From Halocafeteria seosinensis (taxonomy: Eukaryota), in NCBI GenBank assembly GCA_001687465.1, contig LVLI01000320.1:1-64000 (forward strand): 64,000 nt of DNA. Reading direction: 5' to 3'. Shown in pieces: positions 1 through 10,589 of the stretch (its first letter is position 1; the number at the start of each line of letters is the position of its first letter). The translations under genes and the position numbers were made by a program. Under the pieces are notes generated by a model. The model saw nothing but the letters and a program-made list of their open reading frames with translations, had not been told where the DNA came from and did not search any database.

Positions 1-293
1 TGCCTGCGCTGCTGCAACCGGTCTTGGCGTTGGCGCCGCTGTGGCAGGCTCAGGGTCTTCTCCTGCCAGACTGAGCCTTGTCGGTACCTCTGACATTGTG
101 GGCGCAGGCATGGCTCCTCCCCCGATGCCTCCTGAGCTTAACCGGTGCTGTGTTCCCTCACGGCGCATGTCAGCAAGGCTGCAGGAACAGCGGGCCCGTC
201 GCTGCTTAACACGGGCGCTTACCGCTCCTCGTTAAGAGGATGTGGTCAACTTCCCGGCCGGTGGGCTATCTGTCACATTTGTGTGTGTGTGTG
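1..293 (-). mobile_element. Possible terminus of a mobile element: GC-rich segment with a minus-strand ORF (ATG 168) running off the window, bounded by a repeated terminal motif and a (TG)n tract
   Basis: 259-286 matches 23345-23372 at 27/28 nt (cggtgggctatctgtcacat.tgtgtgt). 1-260 is visibly GC-richer than its flank. Minus-strand ORF MRREGTQHRLSSGG...AAAQA is open to base 1. Confidence 0.4.
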
Positions 294-376
294 TTCTATG
301 CCGCTCAGGAAGTCTGGCTCGTTCATTTTCACAGCAAATGAACTCTTTCCATGAATGCAATATATACACACATAGC

Positions 377-404
377 AAAAAAAAAAAAAATAAAAATAAA
401 AAAA
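377..404 (+). repeat. A-rich tract
   Basis: aaaaaaaaaaaaaataaaaataaaaaaa; similar tracts near 19881-19905 and 37736-37762. Confidence 0.85.
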
Positions 405-522
405 TGGGCACTTATAATACCACGAGCGAAGGTGTTATTTCGTGTGTACCGATTTTTCCTTCGTCGATCGCCTCCAAGTAAAACTACGTAGGGCCATCAC
501 TGTAGTACTACCATTTCACACA

Positions 523-2863
523 CTACCATTTTATGCCGAGACGACTTTGGACCTTAGGAACCGTATGATAAGAGGTAGTGAAGAGTCGCCGTCGCAAGGA
601 CGGATCCAGAGGATAGATTTGCTCATGTAGTAAACTTATAAGTTCACGCTCTTCAGGCAGTCTACACTGGCGGTCATGCTGCAACGTTTGTGCGACAAGC
701 TGGGGACGCTCTATCTGCTTTTCTAAAGAGGGCCTGGTTCGTTCCATTTCATTTTCTGGATCTTTCGTAGATTCAACCGGAGCTTGGATTTGACCACCTC
801 CGTTGACGCAACCGGAAGGGCATGCCATTAGTTCTACGTAGTCATACGGGCATTTCCCCCTCTGCAAAGCAGACAAAACATGCCGAAATTTAGATTACCC
901 AACTTGAACACACACACACACACACTTGAAGACTAAGGCAGTACTGATCTTACCTTCATCTTTGTCATGATTGACTGTATATTCCGAAAGCCGTATGCCT
1001 TTGCGAATGTGTATTTGGTATCTCCGTTACAGTCAAAACTAACCTCTTCCATGTCAGCATTCCGACCCTGCTTGTATTCGAGCTGCCCAGTAATGGACGT
1101 CCCGTAGCAACGCTTCGCTGTCTGCCGGAAAATGTACTCCAAGTAGCCTCCTGAACCTCCGTGGTCATTGATAGCAGCCAGCAACTGTTCCCCATCACGG
1201 CTCACGGAGCGAAGAGTTTGCTCAATACACTGTTTAGAGCCCTTGATCAGTCCTACAGGGACAAGAGCTGACGATTGCAACGCTTCTTTGTTGATAAAAA
1301 GTTGACCATTTCCTTGCGAGGGAGAAGTGGTCAAATCGGCCTCCCGCAACTTGGAGAATTCAATTGAGCAGTCTTCCATTAGCTGCAATACTTCCGTTGA
1401 TGTTATTACACAGTCGACGTCCCTCGTGCTATAGTTTTTCTCTTCCGAAAAAAAGTCCTTTCGGCTGGCCTCCAATTTCTTGTCGAAGCATGGCATGACT
1501 GTGGCGTGATATATCTCCGACGGTTCCAGACCATCTTCTTCTGTGGCAACAAGAAGGTGCTTCAGTAAGATTCCCATTATTTGTTGTGGTGATTTCACCT
1601 TGCTGATATACCGCAAACTCTCAGGATGGGTTTTTTCAGCATAACATACCCAACCAGGACAGGCAGAAGTGATCACTGGTATGGGAGCGCTAGGTCCAGG
1701 GGTCTCGATAAGACCGACCGATTCGCAAGCTTTTTTTACCCTTTTTTCATTAAATAGCATCTGTTGCCGTGTGTCCCCTTCCCGTGCGGGTCTGCGGAGG
1801 AATGCTTCTCCCGAAGAAAAATCCACATGGACAACGGCTCCATCCAAATCCACAGCATCACCTGTTACTAAGTCTACAATGATGCCTATCATTTCGTTGG
1901 CGTCTTCACCAGTTAGTTCCTGTGCTTGCAAATTCTTCCTCGCGCTGACCTCGTCTCCATCGGCACGCTCAGCAATGCCTTCAGTAGGAACTATTTTCAC
2001 TCTTCGGGAAGACACCGCAAGCGTTATAGGCTTAGCTTCCCAGATGGCCGGTCGTCGACTCCTTTTGTTTGAAGACTGCGGTGAATTGGTTGCTTCCGTA
2101 CTTTGGCAACTCTTCTGAAACCTCTGTATGAACTCTTCTGCCGCTTCATTTAGGGCTATATCTGTACCAATATTAGAATCCACCACATAGTGAGCACCAA
2201 TTTGTTTGAAGAACGATACAAGTTTTCTGTAGGCGACAATGGTCGAAACGTTAAATTCCACCGCAATAGAAGAGATAGTCTGCGGTGATATCGAAACTAC
2301 CACTCTCTTCCATTTCTGCATATTCGAAAAGGGAAAGGTCTCTCGAAATAAAGTCATGCAAATGGCGTAGAAAACATGTAGAAGGACTTACAGAACTATT
2401 CACGTTCTTGAGAAATTCTTGCGTTGATTGTTGTTCGATTAACACCGTTTCCGCAGAAGTCACACATCCACTACACGCTAAGCAGTCTGACAACGAGACC
2501 TGAGCGGACTTAGACGAGGAATCTGTCTTGATCAAATCTGGCTTTTGTAATCTGCAATTCTCAAAAGTTACAAATTTGACCCTCTGGGTACGACTCCCAG
2601 TTTTTCGGGTGCGAAGCCACTTACCCAGATGGTTCCACTTCCAAATCAAAGCCAGAATCAATGCCTGAGGTTAGTTGGATTTTCGCATACCCTTTGTCCT
2701 CTTCATCTTTATCTTCAGGACGGTCTTTATCAAGCAATTCTTCAGCACGCTTCACATCATCGGCAAAAATGGGATTTACACACGCTTGAGCCGGCTGCAC
2801 TAAATCGTCCAAGTCCCCCAGCACCACCGACCCTGCAAATTTTGTTTTACTGTCATCCGCCAT
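523..2863 (-). CDS. NAR1: Cytosolic Fe-S assembly factor Nar1/NARFL/CIAO3 (FeFe-hydrogenase-like), 4 exons
   Basis: Motifs [64 protein letters not shown] and C-terminal W. Introns 2552-2624, 2316-2391 and 862-953 join in frame. Confidence 0.96.
908..925. repeat. (AC)9 microsatellite in the last NAR1 intron
   Basis: acacacacacacacacac. Confidence 0.9.
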
Positions 2864-3099
2864 TTCTGAAGCACGCTCAACTCCACTGTATCTTGATACA
2901 AAAGTGCGTGGGGCAACAATCATGATTCTGCAAAGACTTGTGTCGGTGCAGGGAACGCAATATACAGCACGCGACCACTCTCTTGACTCTACATCACCTT
3001 CACAGACAAAGAGGTTCACAACAACAATGTGTGGCCGTGTGTACTGTATTAGCAAGGATTTGGGAAGAATTACGTGAGTGAGAAACTTGTACAGACTCT

Positions 3100-4728
3100 T
3101 TAAGTGTTGAAAATTAAATGAGGACGCTGAGAGGCTAACTGGAGAATGAAATCACCGAACATGGTGTTGGCCCATGCAAACCAGGGGCGAGTGAATGTGG
3201 AAACTGAGTTCCGAGAAAAACTCTCATGCATTAGTCCAGTGCCATCTGTGCCATCAAGAAGCATGTTCAAACACTGCCGAATCTCTGAATCTGAGTTTGA
3301 GGTCATACCCCGGGATATGATACTTAAAGGCCATATGGTTCCAAGCCCTGTATGAGGACTTCCTACACCTTGTGCCGCTGAACCCGCGAAAAACCAAGGG
3401 TTAACCTTGGAGAGCACGGCATTGCGAGTCCTCTGATATAATGTATCATTCACATTCACGTATCCGAACATTGGTAAAGATAGCAGCGATGGCATGTTGG
3501 CGTCATCCATGAACAAGAAACTCCCAAACCCATCCACCTCGTAAGCGTATACCTCGCCGGCTGAGGGATGGTGCACTACACCGAACTTCTTGATCCCATT
3601 GTCAATTTCTGACGCTAACGATTGAACCTTACTGGCTAAATCTCCAGCCTGGATTTTCTGAAGGATAGGGACGATTCCTCGCAAAGCCGTAACGGCGAGT
3701 GCATTCTGGGGTACGTTGAAGGGGAAAACGTGAGCATCATCCGAGGGGCGGAATGCAGTTTTAACCATGCCGGTATAGTTCCCTGGGGCTCCTACGCCAT
3801 TTTGCAATGTCTCCCGTTGCTGTGATGTTGTTTTCTGAAACCGGTAGGGTAGCGGGCTCTCCATTGTCGTTGTTTGCTGCTCTACCATAGTGTTAACGAT
3901 CAGTGTAACAGCTTGAAGCCAATCCGAACCAAACGGATCTAGGTCGCCCGTTTGTCGATAGTATTCAGCGCTTAGTCGGAGCATATTGGCCAATGAATCA
4001 ACCTCATACTTCCGCTCAAATATGGGAAGTATCATTGCATCTAGGCGAGCGCCAGCGAATGCTGGCTTCGTCGTGTGATCGTCTGAATGTGGCGAAGGGC
4101 CAGAGCCCTCCAACTGGAATGCATTGGCGTATGTATCGATCAAAACACTACGAGCCTGCCGGCCAATTACGCCTCTCAACATTTGTGCAAGGTGGTCATC
4201 TTTTTTTGCAAACTTAATGTAAGGAAACACCTGGTTTGTACTGTCGCGAAGCCACATTGCGATTATATCGCCTGTTACAATGAACGTATCCTGATAAGTG
4301 TCGTTCGCTTCGAATTTGTAGACTGTAGTATCGAGCTGCAAGAGAGCGAGCATCTCCATCGAGCTCCACCAAGTAATGTTAAGGGATTTGCCATAGTTTG
4401 ACATACTGTATTGGGTAAGCAATTCTGGAAGACTGTGGCCAAGTTGGAATCTTTGAATTTCGGAACCAATTGGTTGATTGTGCTATCCACTGCTGTCGAT
4501 ACAAACCTGCAAAACCAACCAGTATCAAGTAAGCATTCCTCAAGAGTGAGAAACCAATCAATTCTACTGAAAATTCCATTAAAAAATTCAATTCCACCAG
4601 ACATACTTCCTCTCAGAAGGCTTTGGCCTCATATTCGGTTGACTCGTGGAACCCCGCACAAGTCCCATGACTTCCATGATTACAAGGCTTACGCCCACGA
4701 TCAGCAAGTTCACCTGAGACACTCGCAT
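3100..4728 (-). CDS. Secreted glycoside hydrolase family 125 (exo-alpha-1,6-mannosidase-like), 3 exons
   Basis: Hydrophobic N-terminus MRVSQVNLLIVGVSLV. GH125 motifs NCLPNTLDTT, TGDIIAMWLRDS, ERKYEVDSL, FRPSDDA, YAYEVDG, MDDANMPSLLSLP, GSPHT, MHESF, FTRPWFAWAN. Introns 4507-4606 and 4336-4406. Confidence 0.93.
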
Positions 4729-5133
4729 CGTTCCTCTTGTACCATGCAAACGCCAGAAAAGAGCTCTGAACGGACAATACAATGACAAAATCAACCAACA
4801 TTGACCCGCCGTGACGCCGCCGACTGAACCCGTCAATCTTTTGTTACAGTTGACAGACACTTGGATTTTGCATGCAGTATCTACTTGATATACAAAGCTT
4901 ATTCTGACCGTAGAGTTGGTATATATGCATCCTTCTATCTGTCTGTACGTGTTAGAACAGAAGAAGCGTACAGCTATCGTCTGTATGCATTGGGAGAAGG
5001 CAATCTTCCTCTAGGGCACCACCTTCCAGACTGGGAAAACAGATACGATGGCTTCCGTATGTCCTTTATACACGTTATATAAGGGTCCCAAAAGTGCCTT
5101 AACTGTGTTTGGAGTGTCTAACCTTGATCATGA

Positions 5134-5624
5134 ATGCAGGCAATCGTGAATCCGAAACCATTCTTGAACTCTTTGACGGGCAAACCCATCCTGGTGAAAT
5201 TGAAATGGGGCATGGAATATAAAGGTATGCAGTGTCTTCGGAAGGGGTATACCTGTAAATTCTGGGGATATAAGCAATGGCTGTCACATTTGGCTTGTAC
5301 TGGTGCAGGATATCTCTTATCGGTAGACTCGTATATGAACTTGCAGGTATCAAGCTTGTCTGGTTCTGTTGTATGTGGCTGTAGATCATAGTTGGTTCAT
5401 GGTAGTGCAGCTTGCTGATGCTGAGGAATATATTGATGGAAATCTTGCTGGTAACTTAGGGGAGATTCTAATCAGGTATGATCACTATAGCTACTGTGCA
5501 TTTCGAGCGCACTCGGGACTCAACAGATGTGTACGGATGCAGGTGTAATAATGTGCTCTACGTCCGTGGCGCTTCAGAAGAGGGTGAACAAGACGATGCA
5601 ACCATGCAAGATGGGAAGGAATGA
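5134..5624 (+). CDS. SNRPF: Small nuclear ribonucleoprotein F (SmF), 4 exons
   Basis: Spliced product [68 protein letters not shown]. Confidence 0.96.
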
Positions 5625-5980
5625 GAGCTGTGTTATCCTTTGGTACTTTAGTAGCTGAGACAATGCCATTCGCGATCCACACACACTGGCCTCCAGATGG
5701 CAAACGTAGAAACTGCTATTAGTTATTTGGTGAAGGCGTTTCGCAGCATAGCCGCACAGACAAGACTAGAATTCTCACGTCTAGTAATCTCGTCGGAGCT
5801 TCCAGTATGACTTCTCTTGTTTGTGTAAATAGCCTGGCGAGTGTGAAACCCCAATGTACATCTAGATTGGCTGAAGGTTCTGGGCGCTGAGCCCACATCA
5901 ATGTCTCAAGTTGGATGGGGATTTTTACTTAACCCAGCTGCTCGGCTTTGGTGTCCCCCGTTGGCACAAACCATGGTGTG

Positions 5981-6523
5981 TCATCTTGCATTAGTAGGTT
6001 CGCATTCCTCCTCAACCTCTTTGGTGGTTTCTCCAGCTGGTGCGCATACGTCGCGATCAAAACTCGTTTCGGCAGTTGCAGTGGGTACCTCTTCATCCTG
6101 TTCGGCTTCTTCCTCTCCTTCCAGCTCTGCATCAGGGTCGGAATCTTCATACTCAACAGCTGCTGTTATCGTTTGGACTGAATTATACTGGCTCGCGCTC
6201 TGCAGCCCTCTGGGACCGCCTCCCTGAGAATTCCCACGGTCGAATCCTCTCCTGGCTGCTAAACCTGATTCTCTGGATCCCGTACTGCTGCGACGGGAGC
6301 CTAAAGACGATTGACTGTTTTGGGCATTCATATGGTTCTGTCTGCCAGAAGTGTTCTCATAGCTACGTTTGGAGGCACGGTCAATGAGGAACCGCCGGCG
6401 GTTATGGTGAGGTTTCTTCCGAAGCTGATCCTCGCCTCGGATATCACGGGGTACCGTCTCAAGTTCATCCGTCTGCACATCCGATATCGGCTCTACGGGG
6501 GGCTTTCCTAGCTTGCACCCCAT
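5981..6523 (-). CDS. Hypothetical disordered protein with N-terminal MGC (myristoyl + palmitoyl) motif
   Basis: 180-aa ORF starting MGCKLGK, with a basic/Ser-rich middle and an acidic tail. Confidence 0.65.
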   Translation of the reverse strand: MGCKLGKPPVEPISDVQTDELETVPRDIRGEDQLRKKPHHNRRRFLIDRASKRSYENTSGRQNHMNAQNSQSSLGSRRSSTGSRESGLAARRGFDRGNSQGGGPRGLQSASQYNSVQTITAAVEYEDSDPDAELEGEEEAEQDEEVPTATAETSFDRDVCAPAGETTKEVEEECEPTNAR

Positions 6524-7317
6524 GACCTGCTGATCAAGTGAACCGCCTCAAATTGAAGCAGCAGTAAGTCCGTGAGAATTGTGTAACAGTACTGCCACCT
6601 CCACAATCGGCATCTATTTCTACAAGATAGGGGCACATCTACCAGCTGTCCGAGCAGAATCCTTTATGCTCCAATATATGTAAGCTTCTACTGGAGCCCA
6701 ACTCAAAAGAAAAGGATTGTATTCTCCGTTATGGTCGCCTGCGACCAACAGTTTGCAACCTGGCGAGAAACTGTGAGCTTCAAGTTCCGGCTCTTATGAT
6801 CTCCTACAGCCCTTGCTCGATCGAATTCGACCAAACTCAGCAAGAGTCTACCGGAACGTATTGCGTTTGCTTCCCGTTTACGGAGGACCATCAATAGTTC
6901 TGAATGATGGTGCAGTGGCCAACGAGAGAATCCGGTTCACCAGCGGCTGCGGGAACGGCTCTTCGAGAGTGCAGTGACTCAAGCTAGAAACCATCCAAAT
7001 GAGTGAGTCACTGAGACTATTGAGTGCGGATAGTGTTGACCGTAATGGAGAATACATTGAAAATGTGAATCAGCAAGCTCGCAAAATGTCATGGTTACAT
7101 TAAATGGAACAAGGGGAGGGTAGTACAATGTATCATTTTCGCGAGTGATAACAATGGTGCTACGGTGTTGCAACGCGAAGTGGCTATGTTTATAGTGAGT
7201 AGACTTGAGAAGGGGAGTATTTCATTCTAGAGAGACCAGTGATATTGTATAGCAATAAATTCAATTTATATCAAGCAACACGACCAGATTACTTCACGCT
7301 GTAACGCGGGGACAATT

Positions 7318-7878
7318 TCACTGATCATTGGAGGCAGTGTTGTCTCCTTCATTGGCACCTCCAGATTCCGCAGTATCAGACGTTTCTCCGTCTCCTGCTG
7401 ATTTATCCTGTTCTTCTGATGCTGGTTCTCCCTGCTGCTCGCTCTGCTCGGCACCCTCATTGGCTGTATCTTCCTGGGCTTCGTTGCCGTGCTCTGCCGA
7501 TTCTGAGTGTTCGTTTTCATTTTCCTCTTCATGGGACTCCGCATTCTCGTTGTCCTTAGTTTGTTCGCCATCGTTAGTATCTTCGCGAGGTTCATTTTCA
7601 TTGCCTTCTTTATTCTCGTTCTGCTCTTCCTCTGTCTGGCCAGAGTCTTCGCCTGCATTTTGCTCTGGGCCAGTGTCACTTTCCACCTGTTGGTCTTTCT
7701 CCGCCTGCTGATTAGTATGTTTCTTCTGCAAGTATTACAACAAGGGGGAAATATGTCATCTTGCGAAAATCACCCACGGAAACGAAGGAATGTGTGTCGC
7801 TGAATCACTTACCTGCTGCTCAGCGTCTTCGGGGCTCGTTTGAGCCATAGACTTGTCTTTTGAAGCCGGGCAGCCCAT
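7318..7878 (-). CDS. Highly acidic hydrophilic protein with N-terminal MGC dual-acylation motif, 2 exons
   Basis: Exon 1 MGCPASKDKSMAQTSPEDAEQQ; intron 7726-7812 (gtaagt...ttgcag); exon 2 E/N/Q/D-rich KKHTNQQ...SNDQ*. Confidence 0.8.
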
Positions 7879-8644
7879 TATTGCCTCGTGTTGTTGTTCG
7901 GTCTCTGCACAACACGGATTAGGCTCTTAAACGGAAGCTATACCCTCGGTACAAATGGGACAAAACCGAGCACAGAGTCCAACGGAACCATTAGTTCGCA
8001 GGACTCTGTCGTGGTACCAACGGAAGGCTACTTAGAGTTAGCAATCGAAATGAGGAGGGCTGGCATTCTCAATGAGCAGAGGGCAATTGCTTACTTTGTA
8101 CAAAGGGGGATTAAAATAATTGCGCGAAAAAATATTGCGCGTTCGACCACCACCACTGGCTGAAGTTCGCAAGAACTGATACAAGCGATGCAGAATTCAG
8201 TCGAACAGAGGCACTCCGTTTCACTTGTCTCGAGTGAGTGTTTATTGCATACAGGATGTACGCTTGGTGCGGGAGAATTTATCAATGCAATGGTAGATTG
8301 TTCATGTTGGACAGTGTACAGCGTATCTCCGTCGGTCGCATTTGGCGCGCTGAATCAATTCGTCGCAGTCGCAAGGTGCCGACTTGAGTCGATTATGCCA
8401 ACAAGACATAGCCGTTTGTACAGCTTAAAATGATACTGTCTGCATGCGCCATTGTTTTGGATGTATACCCGCCTGTGATTAAGGCTATGGCTTGGATGAG
8501 ACAGAACAAACTTGAGGTTGAAGACGGAAGCCTCGTAATCCCAGCCCTTACAATGATGCCACCGTTTTAAAGTGTCCCATATTAGCTTATCCATGTCTTA
8601 ATGTCGTCAGTAGACATACGATTGGCCGAACAGGGAGTGCACAG

Positions 8645-10578
8645 ATGGCGGACCAACTTCCTCACAGCTGTGCGGCTCCCGCTGCTGGCAGTGGAAGCGA
8701 CTCTGTCGCAGCCACCATCACTACACATACGAATACGCAGCAAAGTCATCACGAGAAGGGAGAAGATTGCAGGTGGGAATCTGTCCTGTCTGGAATCGGA
8801 ATTTATTCTCCCAGAGGCAGTGTGCTCTTCCGAGCGCAATGTTGTCCCTGGAAGAACCAGGAGCATTCGTCATCGCCAACGCAACCGATACCGGTGAACC
8901 TTGAGAAGCTCGGGCACGTGATTATTAGTCTCGCTGAATTTTCGAAACGGTATGTTGCAGTGCAGTTTAAACTTTGAGAGATTCATGCTCTCATTTGACT
9001 CCAATGCGTTAGCAGGCCGGAAACTGTACATTTGGCCCTTAGACACGATGTAGAGGTCAACGCCGTTCAATGTGACGACATTTATATTGCAGTCGTAGAA
9101 CAACGAGCTTTGATACCTGCGAAGCACCGAGAGGAAAATCAAACAGACGTGGACGAGTTAACGACCGACTCTTCTAGTATATACCGTCTCGTATGTGCTG
9201 GACTGTGAGCCATTGTAGTGTATTTTGTTTTCCAAGTGTCAGTGGCTGCATTTATGGAGTGCAGATTTCCATTCTATGCTCCCAACGAATAAAGGCAACG
9301 GGTGTAAAAAAGACAGCAATCGAGCGTTTGGATTCCGACGTTCGGCATATGACTGAAAATTATACAGTAAAAAACGTGGTTTCAGTTGAGAGTGAAGAGT
9401 CAACCTCGAGCAGCACAATCGATCTGGAAGATACTCTCCAACCCACCCGCCGGTTCACTGTTGCATCATCATTCTGTTCCAATCTTCTCGATGGACTATC
9501 TTCTGGAATTTGTCAAGCCTTTCTTGGCTATACTATGAGAGGTTTAAGACGACTTCTATTTGGAGGGGACACCAAAGCCAGAGGGATTTGCTGTGTCCTA
9601 CAGGACAGCAACGGAAGAGAACAGACCTCCACCTGCTATTTCATTAGACAAGCAGGATTTGAAGCCGTTACAGCGCTTCGGACCCATGTGCATAAAGTTG
9701 CTCAGCTTCTTCGTGAAATGTCGTCCACTGGCGCTATTGGTCGATCCACGCTGGACACCCTTACGTACAGCTCTGGCAACTCTATTCTGCAATGCTTATC
9801 ATTCAATAGGGACAACATCTCATGCAAGTATCTAGATTCGGGCGAACACGTAAGCATGCGTTGCAGTGCCAAACTGGGAATTGCTTTGGCACAATTTGGG
9901 CGAATGGGTGAAGACCTCCCGAATGAGCTGGTTCAACTGTTAGAACGGCTTCACCAATCGAAATGGGAGTCTTCTTTCGTTCAAAATGAACCTGCTCCTC
10001 AGACCCCCCGATTCGTTAATGAACTGCACCAACGAAGGCTGGGACTGTCCGATAAGAGTCAACTTAATGTCGGTCCCTGTAGTCTAGCATCCAACAATTC
10101 TGCAGTAACTCCGCGGAGATTAGATATCGATATTAGTAGCCCCACACACGACCAACCAGATCCACGGACGAAATGCGCTGAACAAGCATATTCAAACGCT
10201 ACGAGCGATGCATCATCGGCAAGGGTGTCAACACCGGCTAAGACTTTGATGTTTGGACATACCCATGATGAGTCTACTTCGGCTTCCTCAGCGTCTCAAG
10301 CACTCACTGATAGCAAACATGTTGAAAATACGACCTTCAATATTAGCAGGGATCTGCAAGGTCAAGGTTTGCGGAAAACGACAAATATGGGAAACAGCAG
10401 TTCAACCCCTACACTCGCACATGTTCCCCCAGGTGAGCGCTCTCAAGCAAATTCTGACAGTAGAGGCGAAATAAAAGACATACGCTGTTCCGAAGAGAGC
10501 CGTCCCGCAGAGAGAAGTGGCACCACTACGTCGACAATGCTTCGAAGAAAACATTTCAAGCAGGTGGACACTAACTAA
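8645..10578 (+). CDS. Hypothetical protein, probably 3 exons; globular N-terminal part and disordered Ser/Thr-rich C-terminus
   Basis: ORF 8645 joins via gtatgt...ag introns (about 8950-9016 and 9191-9264) to the 461-aa ORF; no family recognised. Confidence 0.55.
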
Positions 10579-10589
10579 CGCGGCATTGA

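Noticed and set aside
8091..8594. Short minus-strand ORFs between the MGC gene and the 8645 gene
   Set aside because: No recognisable motifs or coherent splice model.
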